Below, one piece after another: positions 47,504 through 57,636 of a DNA stretch of 64,000 nt (positions within the stretch are counted from its first letter, which is position 1; the number at the start of each line of letters is the position of its first letter). This DNA comes from Myxococcota bacterium (GTDB taxonomy: Bacteria; Myxococcota_A; SURF-8), in the NCBI GenBank assembly GCA_965140415.1, contig OZ223209.1, positions 5,280,001-5,344,000 on the forward strand, given 5' to 3'. The notes under the pieces are model-generated. The model had not been told where the DNA came from, did no database searches, and was given only the letters and a program-made list of their open reading frames with translations. A program made the position numbers and the translations under genes.

Positions 47504-49786
47504 TTACTCATAGATCTTGCGCAGGCTCTGGGCCGTCAAGTCGTCGGTTACTTTGTACGTGCGCTGCAGCGATACTTGGTTATTGGGGAAACGCAACGCT
47601 GCGGCATCCGGGACCGTGTGGGCGATGATGGCGTTCGCCGGGTCACGCAGAGCGGGAAGGTGATCCCGATCCTTCTGATCGCCGAGATCGTTGAAGATCA
47701 GCTGCAACTTCTCCCAATCCTCGTAGAAGTATTCCTGCAAAAGCGGGATGATGCGGTCGAGGAACGTTTGCTTTAATTGCTCGAAGCTTTCGATACCGAT
47801 AAAGTAGGAATGCCCGATCTGGTGATCCCGATCCATCAGAACCTCGATGCGGGCATTCATCGCGTCCAGCAATTTCTTGAGATCGATGGATTCACCACCA
47901 TCGGGCGCGTCGATTAAGCGCTTTCCTTTGACGTCATCGATATCGAAAAGATCAGAATCTGGCATCAGTTCGACGAAGGTGAAGCGCCTCCGGAGCGCCG
48001 TATCCATCAGGGCGATGGATCGATCAGCGGTGTTCATGGTGCCGATGACGTACAGATTGTCGGGAACGCCGAAAAGCGGCGCGCCGGGGTTTTGGCTGTG
48101 TGAGTATGGCAGTTTCACGCGCAGGCCATCGGTCCACTCGCCCTTATCTGCGTTCCAGGTCATGCGTTTGTCCGGCTCCAGGAGCGTAATCAATTCGCCC
48201 AGCACTTTGGAGATGTTGGCCCGGTTGATTTCATCGATAAAGAGAGAGTAGTTGTTGTTCGGATCTCGAACGGCGTCCTTGACGATCTGCTTGAAGATGC
48301 CGTCCATGACGCGGTAGCTGATGCCGCCTCCAAGCTCATCATCTTCCTCTGCAACTGGTTTGATGCCTTCCACGAAATCCTCGTAACTGTAAGACTGATG
48401 GAAGGTGATCATTTCAAAGCGGTTGTCCGTTTCCTCCGTCGGCTCGTATTCCTCCAATTCTTGCTGAATTTCCAACAATTCCGGTGCTTCCTGCTCGATC
48501 TTCTCATCGATTACACGCCAGGAACCATCGGCTTCCTTGAAGAAAATCTGGGGCTGGTTGCGGCGATTGTACTTTACATTCTTGCAATCATCAACCGTGT
48601 GAAGCATTAGTTGAGCCCATAGAGTGTTGGGAATATTGCTCGAATTCGCCTGTTTCACCCGTGCTTGGGTGTAGGGATGCTCATGGATGTCTTTCACCTT
48701 GCAGGTTCCCATATCCAATACGGCCAAGGCAATGGCCTGCCACCAGGTGAGCGTGGAGATACGCTGTTCGGCGTATTTCTCCTTAGTGATGGCCGTACCA
48801 ACGCTACGGAACTTCGGCATGTACTCCGTCTGTAGCCTGTACGTCTTCCCCGTTCCCGGCGGGCCGTAAAGGATGAGATTGAGCGGAAGATCGATGTTTT
48901 CCGGTTCTACGATTGGACCATCGCCCAAGTAAGCCAGCAAGGAGTCTTCTGAATGGTATGGCGGCTTTCCTTCCGCCGCTTCGTAAGAGATAACCGGGAA
49001 ATCGGAGCCTATCTTTTTCCGCACGGTTTCCAACAGGTTTCGGTAATCCTCGATCGTCTTAATGGTGGGATCGATACCACGTTTGCGAAGGTAGGACGCT
49101 ACCGGCCCATCCACCGGCAGGAAATGCTCCGGATCGAGCCAGAAAAAGCCCATGGTAAGCTTGCCAACACCAACTGAAAGGATCCCCAAACATTGCTGAA
49201 AGAGTTCGTTGGAGATATTTCCCGGATCGCCGGTGATACATGCTTCGGCAATGTCCCACAGGTTGTCGATATCATTGGGACCGCGATGCTCCGCCTGGCC
49301 GAAAAAACGACTGCCGATCTGATTGACGCTCGGAATACCATACAAATCCGTGGGCAGGTCTTCCTCGATTCCGAGCCGCTCCTTGAAAATCGTCAGCATG
49401 GCCAATCGCTTGTTGAAGTCCGAACCAGACCCGCGATTGAATGCTCCGATGAAAGTGAACGGGTCGATGATGTCGAGTGTCTGAATGCTTCCGTCTAATT
49501 GACGGTCGTCCATTTTCGTGACCTTGTGGCCCGCCTCGCGCATCTCCGAGAGGATGCCGATCAGTTCCGGCTGCCGATCCCGGTACGCCATCACCTTGCG
49601 CGCCTGCTCCTGATAGAACGGCACCCAGGAGAAATAGGTTTTACCCTCGGCAGAGCCGCGTGGATTTTTTTTACGCCACGTCTCGCCCTCCGGACCTTTC
49701 CAGAGCCTACTGATTTCTCTAAACGGGAGTCCTTGGAGACGCTTTTCCCGTGCGAATAAATTCCAACTGCTCAGAGGTTTGCTCAT
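47504..49786 (-). CDS. mcrB: McrB-family AAA+ GTPase
   Basis: [52 protein letters not shown]. Confidence 0.93.
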   Translation of the reverse strand: MSKPLSSWNLFAREKRLQGLPFREISRLWKGPEGETWRKKNPRGSAEGKTYFSWVPFYQEQARKVMAYRDRQPELIGILSEMREAGHKVTKMDDRQLDGSIQTLDIIDPFTFIGAFNRGSGSDFNKRLAMLTIFKERLGIEEDLPTDLYGIPSVNQIGSRFFGQAEHRGPNDIDNLWDIAEACITGDPGNISNELFQQCLGILSVGVGKLTMGFFWLDPEHFLPVDGPVASYLRKRGIDPTIKTIEDYRNLLETVRKKIGSDFPVISYEAAEGKPPYHSEDSLLAYLGDGPIVEPENIDLPLNLILYGPPGTGKTYRLQTEYMPKFRSVGTAITKEKYAEQRISTLTWWQAIALAVLDMGTCKVKDIHEHPYTQARVKQANSSNIPNTLWAQLMLHTVDDCKNVKYNRRNQPQIFFKEADGSWRVIDEKIEQEAPELLEIQQELEEYEPTEETDNRFEMITFHQSYSYEDFVEGIKPVAEEDDELGGGISYRVMDGIFKQIVKDAVRDPNNNYSLFIDEINRANISKVLGELITLLEPDKRMTWNADKGEWTDGLRVKLPYSHSQNPGAPLFGVPDNLYVIGTMNTADRSIALMDTALRRRFTFVELMPDSDLFDIDDVKGKRLIDAPDGGESIDLKKLLDAMNARIEVLMDRDHQIGHSYFIGIESFEQLKQTFLDRIIPLLQEYFYEDWEKLQLIFNDLGDQKDRDHLPALRDPANAIIAHTVPDAAALRFPNNQVSLQRTYKVTDDLTAQSLRKIYE

Positions 49787-49813
49787 GTTTTCCTCACCTG
49801 CTATCGGTTTATC

Positions 49814-50542
49814 CTAAAATACGATCCCTCCCGGCCCATACGCCAGCACCGTTTCTTTGTGTTTGAAAGCGTACTTTCCGGCCTTGTATCGGTCTACATG
49901 TCGCACGATGCGCATTGGCATCACATCCGTGAAGCTGCAAAAAGTCACCGTGATCGTACCACCCTTACGCGACACGTTCGGTCGCCAATCGTCCGGTTTC
50001 TCTTTTTCCCAGTGCCACGCTTCAATCATTTCCGGATCGTAGCCGAAAAAGAAGTTTTTCTTGTCCATTTGAAAGGGATCCGCGTCGAAGACGATGTGTT
50101 CGCCCCAGGAAATGCCATGCCAGATCGCACCGAATTCGGCCAGCTCACGCGCCAGGATGGACGCTTCGAGGTAAGAGCGCAATGAGCCGTCACCGTCAAT
50201 GGCCTGCATATAGTCGTCCAGCGCGCCTGGAACGATGGGCGGTTCGAGAAAAACATCCTCCCGTCGCTCGCATGTGTCGGGATCGGGCAGTAGTATAGAC
50301 TCCGGCAAAGCGTAAACGATGGCGTTGCCGTTGTATCCAGATCGGAATTGACAGGCTCGCAGGGCGTAGCCCTCGCGTACATGCAGCTTCGGAAACGCAT
50401 CGACAAGCATCATTGGGCTGGTGGTGCTCTCAGACCAACCCTGCGGACCGTCCATGTCGATCTCGGCCAGATGGTTGACCTTATTCCGCCAGCGCTTGAT
50501 CATCGTGGCGGTGAAGGTTTCTATGTTTGTTCCAGACTTCAT
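49814..50542 (-). CDS. Hypothetical protein
   Basis: 242-aa globular-looking ORF, co-oriented and closely spaced within the operon. Confidence 0.7.
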   Translation of the reverse strand: MKSGTNIETFTATMIKRWRNKVNHLAEIDMDGPQGWSESTTSPMMLVDAFPKLHVREGYALRACQFRSGYNGNAIVYALPESILLPDPDTCERREDVFLEPPIVPGALDDYMQAIDGDGSLRSYLEASILARELAEFGAIWHGISWGEHIVFDADPFQMDKKNFFFGYDPEMIEAWHWEKEKPDDWRPNVSRKGGTITVTFCSFTDVMPMRIVRHVDRYKAGKYAFKHKETVLAYGPGGIVF

Positions 50543-50573
50543 AACTGTATTTTATCTCTGTTTTTCTCCATCA

Positions 50574-51062
50574 TCATGCTTTACCGGTCGTACTGTCATT
50601 CACTTCCCGCAGGATCTCCAGAACCAGTCGATTGGGTCTGGCATATGGATGATCCTTCTTGAAATGCTCACTATCCAGTCCGTATTTCTCTACGATAAAG
50701 AGGCAAATAGCCGTTGAGCGGGATACGCCTGCATTGCAATTTACAACAACGGTTTCAACCCTGCTTTCGACTTCCTCAAGGAACGAAATGACTCGCCTGG
50801 CCATCTTTGCATCAAAATACACAAAGTTATCGTCAGTGTTTCCAAACAGCGGCGAAACATCGTCGAATGAAAGGAATAAAGAATCGACAAGATTCTCCGG
50901 TGGATGCAAAGCATCTACCTCGTCTAGTAAATGAGGTTCCGAGCTTCCCTTCACCGAAATCAGCGCCCAAGGCGTATCGAGTCGAAATCGTATTGCTCCC
51001 GTTTCGCCTTGTAACACAGCGAGCGCCTGATCCAGCGAAATGGCAAATGTTCGATTGATCAT
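50574..51062 (-). CDS. CX5R (tyrosine/dual-specificity-like) phosphatase
   Basis: LSFDD, VVNCNAGVSRSTA, PNRLV. Confidence 0.85.
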   Translation of the reverse strand: MINRTFAISLDQALAVLQGETGAIRFRLDTPWALISVKGSSEPHLLDEVDALHPPENLVDSLFLSFDDVSPLFGNTDDNFVYFDAKMARRVISFLEEVESRVETVVVNCNAGVSRSTAICLFIVEKYGLDSEHFKKDHPYARPNRLVLEILREVNDSTTGKA

Positions 51063-51086
51063 TGAATCCTTAGGAAAATTTAGCTA

Positions 51087-51575
51087 TCAGTTCTCACTCG
51101 TAAATTCTTTGTCCAAATTCCAACGCTTACCGGAACATTCCGGCAAAAGCCTTCTATAATCACCCAAATTAAAAACCCTTACATTTTGACAGTCCTCGGG
51201 CAATTCATTCACTGAAGCAGAGTTGTAGGCAGGACCGTGGCTGAAAATGAGAAGTCCTTCAACTCGTTTAAGTAAAGCAGGGTCTTCTCCCTTGTTAGGA
51301 TTGATTGGCGTGATTTCGCCAAAATATACTTGAAGATTGCGTGTATCCGATGTCCACTCATGTGGTTTTTTCAAAATTCCATGCTCTTTAAGTCGATCTT
51401 TGAGATCACGCTTGGTTTTTCCGATGTAAAGAAGGACATTGTCTCCATAAACAGGATGGCAGCCATATATTTGATATATTCCGTTTGTATTTGTTTTTTC
51501 GTCGTTCTCTGGAACATCCCTGAACTGAGCGGGCTCCCAACTAATTGTAACTTCGATCTCGTTTTCGTTTGTCAT
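51087..51575 (-). CDS. GIY-YIG nuclease family protein
   Basis: GIYQIYG..LLYIGKT..RLKEH..VEGLLI..PAYN. Confidence 0.85.
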   Translation of the reverse strand: MTNENEIEVTISWEPAQFRDVPENDEKTNTNGIYQIYGCHPVYGDNVLLYIGKTKRDLKDRLKEHGILKKPHEWTSDTRNLQVYFGEITPINPNKGEDPALLKRVEGLLIFSHGPAYNSASVNELPEDCQNVRVFNLGDYRRLLPECSGKRWNLDKEFTSEN

Positions 51576-51578
51576 CTT

Positions 51579-54500
51579 TCATTCTCCTTTCAATTGTTCC
51601 CTCCCCACCGGCATCCGCTGCGGGGCCGTCTTCCACATCAGGTCGATTTCCTCGGGGGTGAGGCCGTAGGCCTGGTTGACGAGGTCGGCTAGGCGGCGCT
51701 CGTGCTGCTGGGCTTCAGCGGTGCGGCGCTGCATGGCGGGGACGGTATCCTCGTAGGCCTCGCGCAGTTCCTTCACCCCGCTAACACTCAGCTTACCCGC
51801 CGCTTTGGGGTGGCGTTTCTTCACTTCGGCCATGAAGGCGTCGAAGTACAGGGCGGCGGCGTCTTGCAGCTTCAGGCCCGGTTGGTCGATGGACTGGATC
51901 TGCTTCAGCCAGTCGAGCAGGTCGCGCTGGGCGCTCTGGTTGGCGCGGGTCAGTTCGATCAGGGCCGCCACGTGCTCCTCGGCCTCGGCGCGGATGACTT
52001 CGGTGGGTGGGGCGATGGGGAGTTTTTCCATCAGGTAGCCTTGCGTGCCCAAGGCTTCATCCTTGCCATGCGGCAGATAGCGCCAAGTGAACCACCACAT
52101 CAAGGGGGAGTTGAGAACTGCGAGCAGGTAGAAATCGCTTGTCGGGATAATGAAGGTCTTGTTGTTGCCAATCAATCCGCTTTCATCAAATCCATAAGCT
52201 GAATGAAACTGGATCTCCTGGTAGAATATTTTCGGTGCATCGTAAATTGCGTATGTGTCAGCGCTTTTTTGAAGTTGCCACCATTCTTGTGATCCTGCTC
52301 TCTTTTCCAATCGTTCCCGATGCGAGAGCAGATGTTCTTTGATGGCTGGATAAGCATCGATATCTAGCGAATTGTGAGCAGCGATTAGCCAGACATCAGC
52401 AAATTCCAATGTCCATCGCTTCACATCCTTGCCACGAACAAACGGCTTGATAACTTCCGCAGATTTGGGATCTCTCGCTATCAGCTCTTTTCTCTGTTCT
52501 GGAGTAATTACAAATGCTGCGTTGTAGCCGGTTTTTATTCCCCAATGTGGAACATCCCCGCAATACTCTTTTAGCAATTGTCCCGATTTTACAATCTTCT
52601 GGAATAGGGTTTCAACTTCCACCGGATCCAGACTCCACGCCTGTTCAGTAAACCGCGACCAAGGCACTTCGTAGCCGTGTTGGCGAACGAACTGCTTGAG
52701 GTTGATGTCGGCCAACTTCTCACGCGGCACGGGGCAGATGATCACCGGCGCGGCAGGTTCAGGCTTAGGCTTCACTTCCGCGATGGGTGCATCCGGCTTG
52801 CGCACCGACACGATGCAGGGGAAGACGTCGGCATCCTCGAAAATGGGCGCGTGACCGAAGTCGAGGATCTGCTCGAAGACCGTATGCTCGGCGAAAAAAC
52901 GCCGCAGCGCTTCGCCATAGCCGGACTTCAGCCACTTGTTCGTCACGATGAACGACAGCACGCCACCCGGCTTCAGGGCCTGCACGCCGCGCTCGTAGAA
53001 GTAGGTGTACAGATCCGCCACGCCGTCGAAGGAATGGTAATGCTCTTTCAGATACGGTTTGATGGGCGAAAGCAGCTCCTGGCGAACGTAGGGCGGGTTT
53101 CCAATCACCACGTCGAAACCGCTTGAGACATTGTCTCCATCGGCGAATACAGCCGCGAAGCGCGCCCGCCAGTCGTAGGGCGTTTCCGAATAGGCCGGAT
53201 CGTCCACGATGGAGTCGCCTTGCTGGATGTTGTCGTCCAGGAAGGTCAACGGCTTGCCGCGCTCGGCGGTCTTCAGCCACAGGCTGAGCTTGGTGATCTC
53301 CACCGACTCCTTCGAGAGATCCACGCCGTAAAGATTGTGATTGAGGATGGTCTTGTTAAGACCAAAAATATCCTGCTGCCCGCCCTCGAAAGCCGCCAGG
53401 GCATCGTTGACGCGCTCGTACTGCGCCAGCAAGTAATCGTATGCCGCAATCAGAAACGCGCCGGAGCCGCAAGCCGGGTCCAGTACGCGGGTACGCTTCA
53501 GCACCTCGTCACGGTAGGTCTCCCAGAACTCGCGCTCGGCCGTGGCTAGCTTGCGCCCGTGCGCTTCAGGAATGGCGTCCAGCCCGATGCGTTGGCGAAG
53601 TTCCTCTTCCTTGCGCCGCAGATAACCACCCAGCGCCACGTCCACGATGTACTGCGTCACCATCGCGGGCGTGTAATAAACGCCTTGGGTTTTGCGGCGG
53701 CCCTTCTTCTTATCGAAGTCCTCGCCGGACGCAGCGGCTTTCAACTCCTCCAGGTCGGTGACCGACTGCTCGAAGATGTGACCCAGCACCTCGACCGACA
53801 CGTCCGTATCGAAATCATAGCGCGTGATGGCGTTCAGTTCGTCGCACAACTCGTCCGGCAGACTGATCTGTTCGTCTATGACCGGATCCGGCTTGAACAG
53901 CCCGCCGTTGTAGCCTTTGATATCCAGGTTGTTGTTGCCTGTATCTACCCAACGAAACACGGCCTTATAGCGCGTCCAGATGGCGGTCGGATTGTACGGA
54001 TCCTTATGCTTATAAGCCTTGTTGATTGTGTTGGGGGGTAAAAGTCCACGATCCTCACAAAACGCGATGAACAGCACGCGGTCGAGGATCTTCTGCGCCG
54101 TCTCGATCATAGCGGCCTTGTCGCCGTCCGCTTGCTCCGTCAGGTATTGCACGAGCTTAAGGCGCGTGTCCTTGTACTCGGCGTAAAGCGCCTTGGTGAT
54201 CGCCTCCTCGGCGTTGTCGGATTCTCGCAGCAGCGCATCCACGCGGGAATCGCCATCCGGTCTGGATTCCAACGGCAGGAAGTTCTCGGCGCAGAGCAGG
54301 AAGTAGAAGCGTCGGAAAACGGTTTCGTCGGCCAGGTCGGACAGCTTGAAACGCTCGTAGAAGGCAGGTGTCTTGCTGGTGCGGTAGAGGCGGATCTCGC
54401 GATAGTTGCTGACCAGCACCCACTTGCAGCCCTCGGTGTAGTTGGCGTAGCGCCAACCTTGCTCGACGGCGGATTCCGTGCGCCCGGAGGCGGGACGGTC

Positions 54501-54896
54501 GAGATTGTTGACCGCGCCCTTCAGCTCGATCGGCGCGACAATGCGACCTTTCAGGCGCGTGGCCTTGCTGGCGGATTCGGTGGCGGTGAAGAAGCCCAGC
54601 GCGCCATCGGCGGAGCCACCGCCATCGGAGATATGCGCCTCGGCGTGCAGCGTCCAGGCTTCACCTTCTCCCTGGATGACGGAACGATAGCCCAGCACCT
54701 CGCCGAAGATGTCGCGCAGAAACTCGCCGTGCAGCGAAACTTCCTTGATGACATCCAGTGTGCCGCGCTCCAGAGAGGTGATCCAGCGCGCCACCACGGC
54801 CCGGCGGGTGTCCATATCGGACGGAAAGGCAAAGCCCGCCATCGCTTTGGAGAGCGTCTTTTCATGAAACAAGGGTTTGACGTGACCTGTGGGCAT
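51579..54896 (-). CDS. Type IIG (Eco57I-like) fused restriction endonuclease / amino (probably N6-adenine) methyltransferase
   Basis: ADGALG..IELKG..Q..Y nuclease motif; YNGGLF; LDPACGSGAFL; GNPPYV; TaqI_C-like TRD. Confidence 0.92.
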   Translation of the reverse strand: MPTGHVKPLFHEKTLSKAMAGFAFPSDMDTRRAVVARWITSLERGTLDVIKEVSLHGEFLRDIFGEVLGYRSVIQGEGEAWTLHAEAHISDGGGSADGALGFFTATESASKATRLKGRIVAPIELKGAVNNLDRPASGRTESAVEQGWRYANYTEGCKWVLVSNYREIRLYRTSKTPAFYERFKLSDLADETVFRRFYFLLCAENFLPLESRPDGDSRVDALLRESDNAEEAITKALYAEYKDTRLKLVQYLTEQADGDKAAMIETAQKILDRVLFIAFCEDRGLLPPNTINKAYKHKDPYNPTAIWTRYKAVFRWVDTGNNNLDIKGYNGGLFKPDPVIDEQISLPDELCDELNAITRYDFDTDVSVEVLGHIFEQSVTDLEELKAAASGEDFDKKKGRRKTQGVYYTPAMVTQYIVDVALGGYLRRKEEELRQRIGLDAIPEAHGRKLATAEREFWETYRDEVLKRTRVLDPACGSGAFLIAAYDYLLAQYERVNDALAAFEGGQQDIFGLNKTILNHNLYGVDLSKESVEITKLSLWLKTAERGKPLTFLDDNIQQGDSIVDDPAYSETPYDWRARFAAVFADGDNVSSGFDVVIGNPPYVRQELLSPIKPYLKEHYHSFDGVADLYTYFYERGVQALKPGGVLSFIVTNKWLKSGYGEALRRFFAEHTVFEQILDFGHAPIFEDADVFPCIVSVRKPDAPIAEVKPKPEPAAPVIICPVPREKLADINLKQFVRQHGYEVPWSRFTEQAWSLDPVEVETLFQKIVKSGQLLKEYCGDVPHWGIKTGYNAAFVITPEQRKELIARDPKSAEVIKPFVRGKDVKRWTLEFADVWLIAAHNSLDIDAYPAIKEHLLSHRERLEKRAGSQEWWQLQKSADTYAIYDAPKIFYQEIQFHSAYGFDESGLIGNNKTFIIPTSDFYLLAVLNSPLMWWFTWRYLPHGKDEALGTQGYLMEKLPIAPPTEVIRAEAEEHVAALIELTRANQSAQRDLLDWLKQIQSIDQPGLKLQDAAALYFDAFMAEVKKRHPKAAGKLSVSGVKELREAYEDTVPAMQRRTAEAQQHERRLADLVNQAYGLTPEEIDLMWKTAPQRMPVGREQLKGE

Positions 54897-55138
54897 CCGC
54901 TACCTGCTTGAAAGAAATTATCCCAATCAAAACCAACGCTTGCAAAATCGTCCGCGGTGAATCGTCCCTGGTTGCTGCTTCCGAATCGGTAGGCAAGTTT
55001 ATAGCATTTATGGGGCAAAGGCGGAAAGGAATTTATGTGGAGTTATCGAGGGGATAGGTGATCAAGGGGAGGCTATGACGTATTCTGGCACAACCCCTAC
55101 GATGTCTTGGACTCTGATCTGGCTTGAGGGCGTCCGGT

Positions 55139-55331
55139 CGCTGGCCCATGCCTGATTCGGTTGCGCGACGACGACGTTTCTCAGTAGATACGGATAGATC
55201 CGATATGCCTGATTCGGGCTGGTCATGTTCGGTTTCGGATAGATCGCCTCAAGACCGATCAGACGCATCAAACGTTGTACGCGCTTGCGGTTGATTCGAA
55301 TGCCATACCTTTTAAGGAACTCTTTCTTCAA
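55139..55331 (-). pseudogene. IS3-family transposase OrfB fragment
   Basis: NRKRVQRLMR.IGL.AIYPKP..YPYLLR..PNQAWASD, then similarity is lost; no complete DDE domain. Confidence 0.85.
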
Positions 55332-55351
55332 AGTACAACAGATTACAAAAA

Positions 55352-56182
55352 TTACAATATGTCCTTTAGCCCGTATATTTGTGGGTGGTATTTCAATGTC
55401 ACTATTCCCGTTGGCCCGTGAAGATTTCTAGGCACAATGATATTTGCATAGTCTCGGTCTTCCTGATTTGAGTTATAAACGAAACTCCTGTATATGAACA
55501 ACACCAACTTCGCTACCATCCCGAGTCCTCCATCAAAGGGCAGATCAGCTAGGGTCGGATAATGATCATCTCGTTTCTCAATCGCGTCCGATATTGGCGC
55601 TGTAATCAAAATAGGAATATTGATATCCTGAACTAGCGATAGGAACCAGTTCGGACCAAAGGTCAATCCACATTCCCAGCCGCCGATGTTTTCCAATCCA
55701 TCGATCGCCAAAAAATCCAGATGGTGCTTGTACTTCATCGCCTCAATTTGTCGGACAAGTATATCAGGATCGATGTTGGGTTGATCTTCCACTGTGATCT
55801 GCGCATCCATTAAACGTAAGTATGCTTGTTCCAGATGATTGTGCATATCATGCACATTTTTTTCTTTTTCAGAAGGTCTTACAGAAACGTCAGCCAATCG
55901 ATGAAGAAAACGGGTCGTCCATTGCGTGGCACCAAGTGCAAAGGAAAACACGCCTACTGAAATGTTTTTTTTCAACGCCTGATGAAGAATAATCTCCGAG
56001 ACTAGAATCGATTTTCCCATGCCGGGTCGTCCGGCTACAATCGTTAGGGCATTAATTGGAAGTCCACGGGTCAACCTATCGAGAGATGATAGGCCGGTAG
56101 ATAGACCCGATAAGGTATCATTGTTTTCTAGTGTGATTAGCTTCAGCGCGTCCGGCAGAATCTCTCTAAGTCTTTTAGCCAT
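55352..56182 (-). CDS. Stand-alone, degenerate DnaB-like C-terminal (RecA-fold) domain
   Basis: GLSTGLSSLD.LT.GL..AGRPGMGKS; P.LADL; VLFIYR; GPTG; no DnaB N-terminal domain. Confidence 0.8.
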   Translation of the reverse strand: MAKRLREILPDALKLITLENNDTLSGLSTGLSSLDRLTRGLPINALTIVAGRPGMGKSILVSEIILHQALKKNISVGVFSFALGATQWTTRFLHRLADVSVRPSEKEKNVHDMHNHLEQAYLRLMDAQITVEDQPNIDPDILVRQIEAMKYKHHLDFLAIDGLENIGGWECGLTFGPNWFLSLVQDINIPILITAPISDAIEKRDDHYPTLADLPFDGGLGMVAKLVLFIYRSFVYNSNQEDRDYANIIVPRNLHGPTGIVTLKYHPQIYGLKDIL

Positions 56183-56455
56183 TTTATTCCTCTATTTGCC
56201 TTCAACAATTTAAAATGGTAGAGCAAACCATTCTTGTTGTATGTGTGTCGCAAAATCTGAAATCCGGAAAATATGCACTTTTAGTTACGGCATAATATTT
56301 CCCCCTTCTTGATTTAGCAGGAGCGCGTTCCACCCGATTCGATCATTTCAGGCATAGTGCGTAAGTCGTCAAGCCACAAGGAAATCCTCATTGCAAATTC
56401 TTCCCTAAAGAATGCGAAAACGTCCGGATCTAACGATAAGCATAGACGTGGCAGG

Positions 56456-56470
56456 TGACAGAATCTGTCG
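56456..56470. promoter_or_regulatory. Candidate WYL-regulator operator TGACA-N5-TGTCG
   Basis: Imperfect inverted repeat 25 nt downstream of the WYL gene and upstream of the leftward arm. Confidence 0.45.
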
Positions 56471-56495
56471 TATAGATGGGTTAATTCAGGGGGTG

Positions 56496-57521
56496 CTAGG
56501 AGTATCTTTCCAGCGTAGCGGTGAGTTTTTCTTTGACTTGATCCACCAGCGACTGCGGCTCGACCACCTTGGCCAGCGGACCGAAGCCGATGATCCAGTT
56601 GACGATCTCGTCGTTGACGTGGATGTGGGACTTGAATTCCAGAGTGCTTTTATTTTTTGGTGTGATTTTGGTTTTGCGAGGCCAAAGTAGATGTTTCAAA
56701 TAGGCTTCCACAGTGGGGTCGAAATGAATGACGACGTCTTCTTCCTTGCCGGGCAGCAGACCGCCAAGGCTTGGGAAGTTCTTTTTCGGGTCCCAATCGC
56801 CTGGCAGATCGAACTTCTCCTTCTGTCGCAGGGCTTTCTGGATTCGCTCTAGAGCAAAGGTCGTCGGTTTGGCGTTCTCCGGAGCATCGTCGATCTTTGC
56901 AATCAAATACAGACCGGTTTTGTAGCTCATCAGCGTGTATGGGCGTACGATATGCCAATGGGGGTTACTGCCGATCGAGTGGTAATGGATTTTGAGTTTG
57001 TCCTGATAAAGAATCGCGGCCAGGATCTCCTCGAACTGATCGGTGCTACGGCGATAATTGCGGGTGAATGTATGATGCGAATAAAGTTTCTTGTCAAGGT
57101 TCCGAACTCGTTCGGCCAATGCATGATTGAGCCGATCGTTGACCCGCTGGGCCAGTGTCTGAATATAAACCACCAGTCCAGTCCCTTTAAACTGCTGCAT
57201 CATCTGCAGAGCCATTTTGGCTACGATGATATCGGAAAGTCCGAATGTCACCGGAAAGCGGGTGGCGCTGTTCATCAGCATGTATTCTTTTCGGCCGTCT
57301 ACTCGTTCGGATACGACCGGAAGGTGCTCCATTTCAGAAAGATCCGCCATATCGCGTTGAAGCGTGCGAAGATCGACCTTGAATTCGTCCGCGACATCCG
57401 GGAGATACACCCGACGCCCGCTCATCAGGCGATCGTAAAGCCGAATGATGCGCATGACCTTCTTTTCATGGCCCACCGCCATCTTGTTTGCAGCCTCGGC
57501 TTTCTTGCCATTTTTCACCAC
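56496..57521 (-). CDS. HTH-WYL-WCX transcriptional regulator
   Basis: VDLRTLQRDM HTH; VRPYTL..LYL..TFALERI; WIIGFGP.AKVVEP.SL. Confidence 0.92.
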   Translation of the reverse strand: MVKNGKKAEAANKMAVGHEKKVMRIIRLYDRLMSGRRVYLPDVADEFKVDLRTLQRDMADLSEMEHLPVVSERVDGRKEYMLMNSATRFPVTFGLSDIIVAKMALQMMQQFKGTGLVVYIQTLAQRVNDRLNHALAERVRNLDKKLYSHHTFTRNYRRSTDQFEEILAAILYQDKLKIHYHSIGSNPHWHIVRPYTLMSYKTGLYLIAKIDDAPENAKPTTFALERIQKALRQKEKFDLPGDWDPKKNFPSLGGLLPGKEEDVVIHFDPTVEAYLKHLLWPRKTKITPKNKSTLEFKSHIHVNDEIVNWIIGFGPLAKVVEPQSLVDQVKEKLTATLERYS

Positions 57522-57636
57522 GGACGCCTCCGTTCCGGCATTGAATCAGGAATGAATTGACCTTTTTCGTAAGTCGCAGCTATTATACGTGAGATTACCT
57601 ACGCTTAGCAAAACATTTGGCGATCAGGCGAGGACG

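Noticed and set aside
55062-55331. Active IS3 element
   Set aside because: Only an internal OrfB fragment; no OrfA, full DDE triad or terminal inverted repeats seen.
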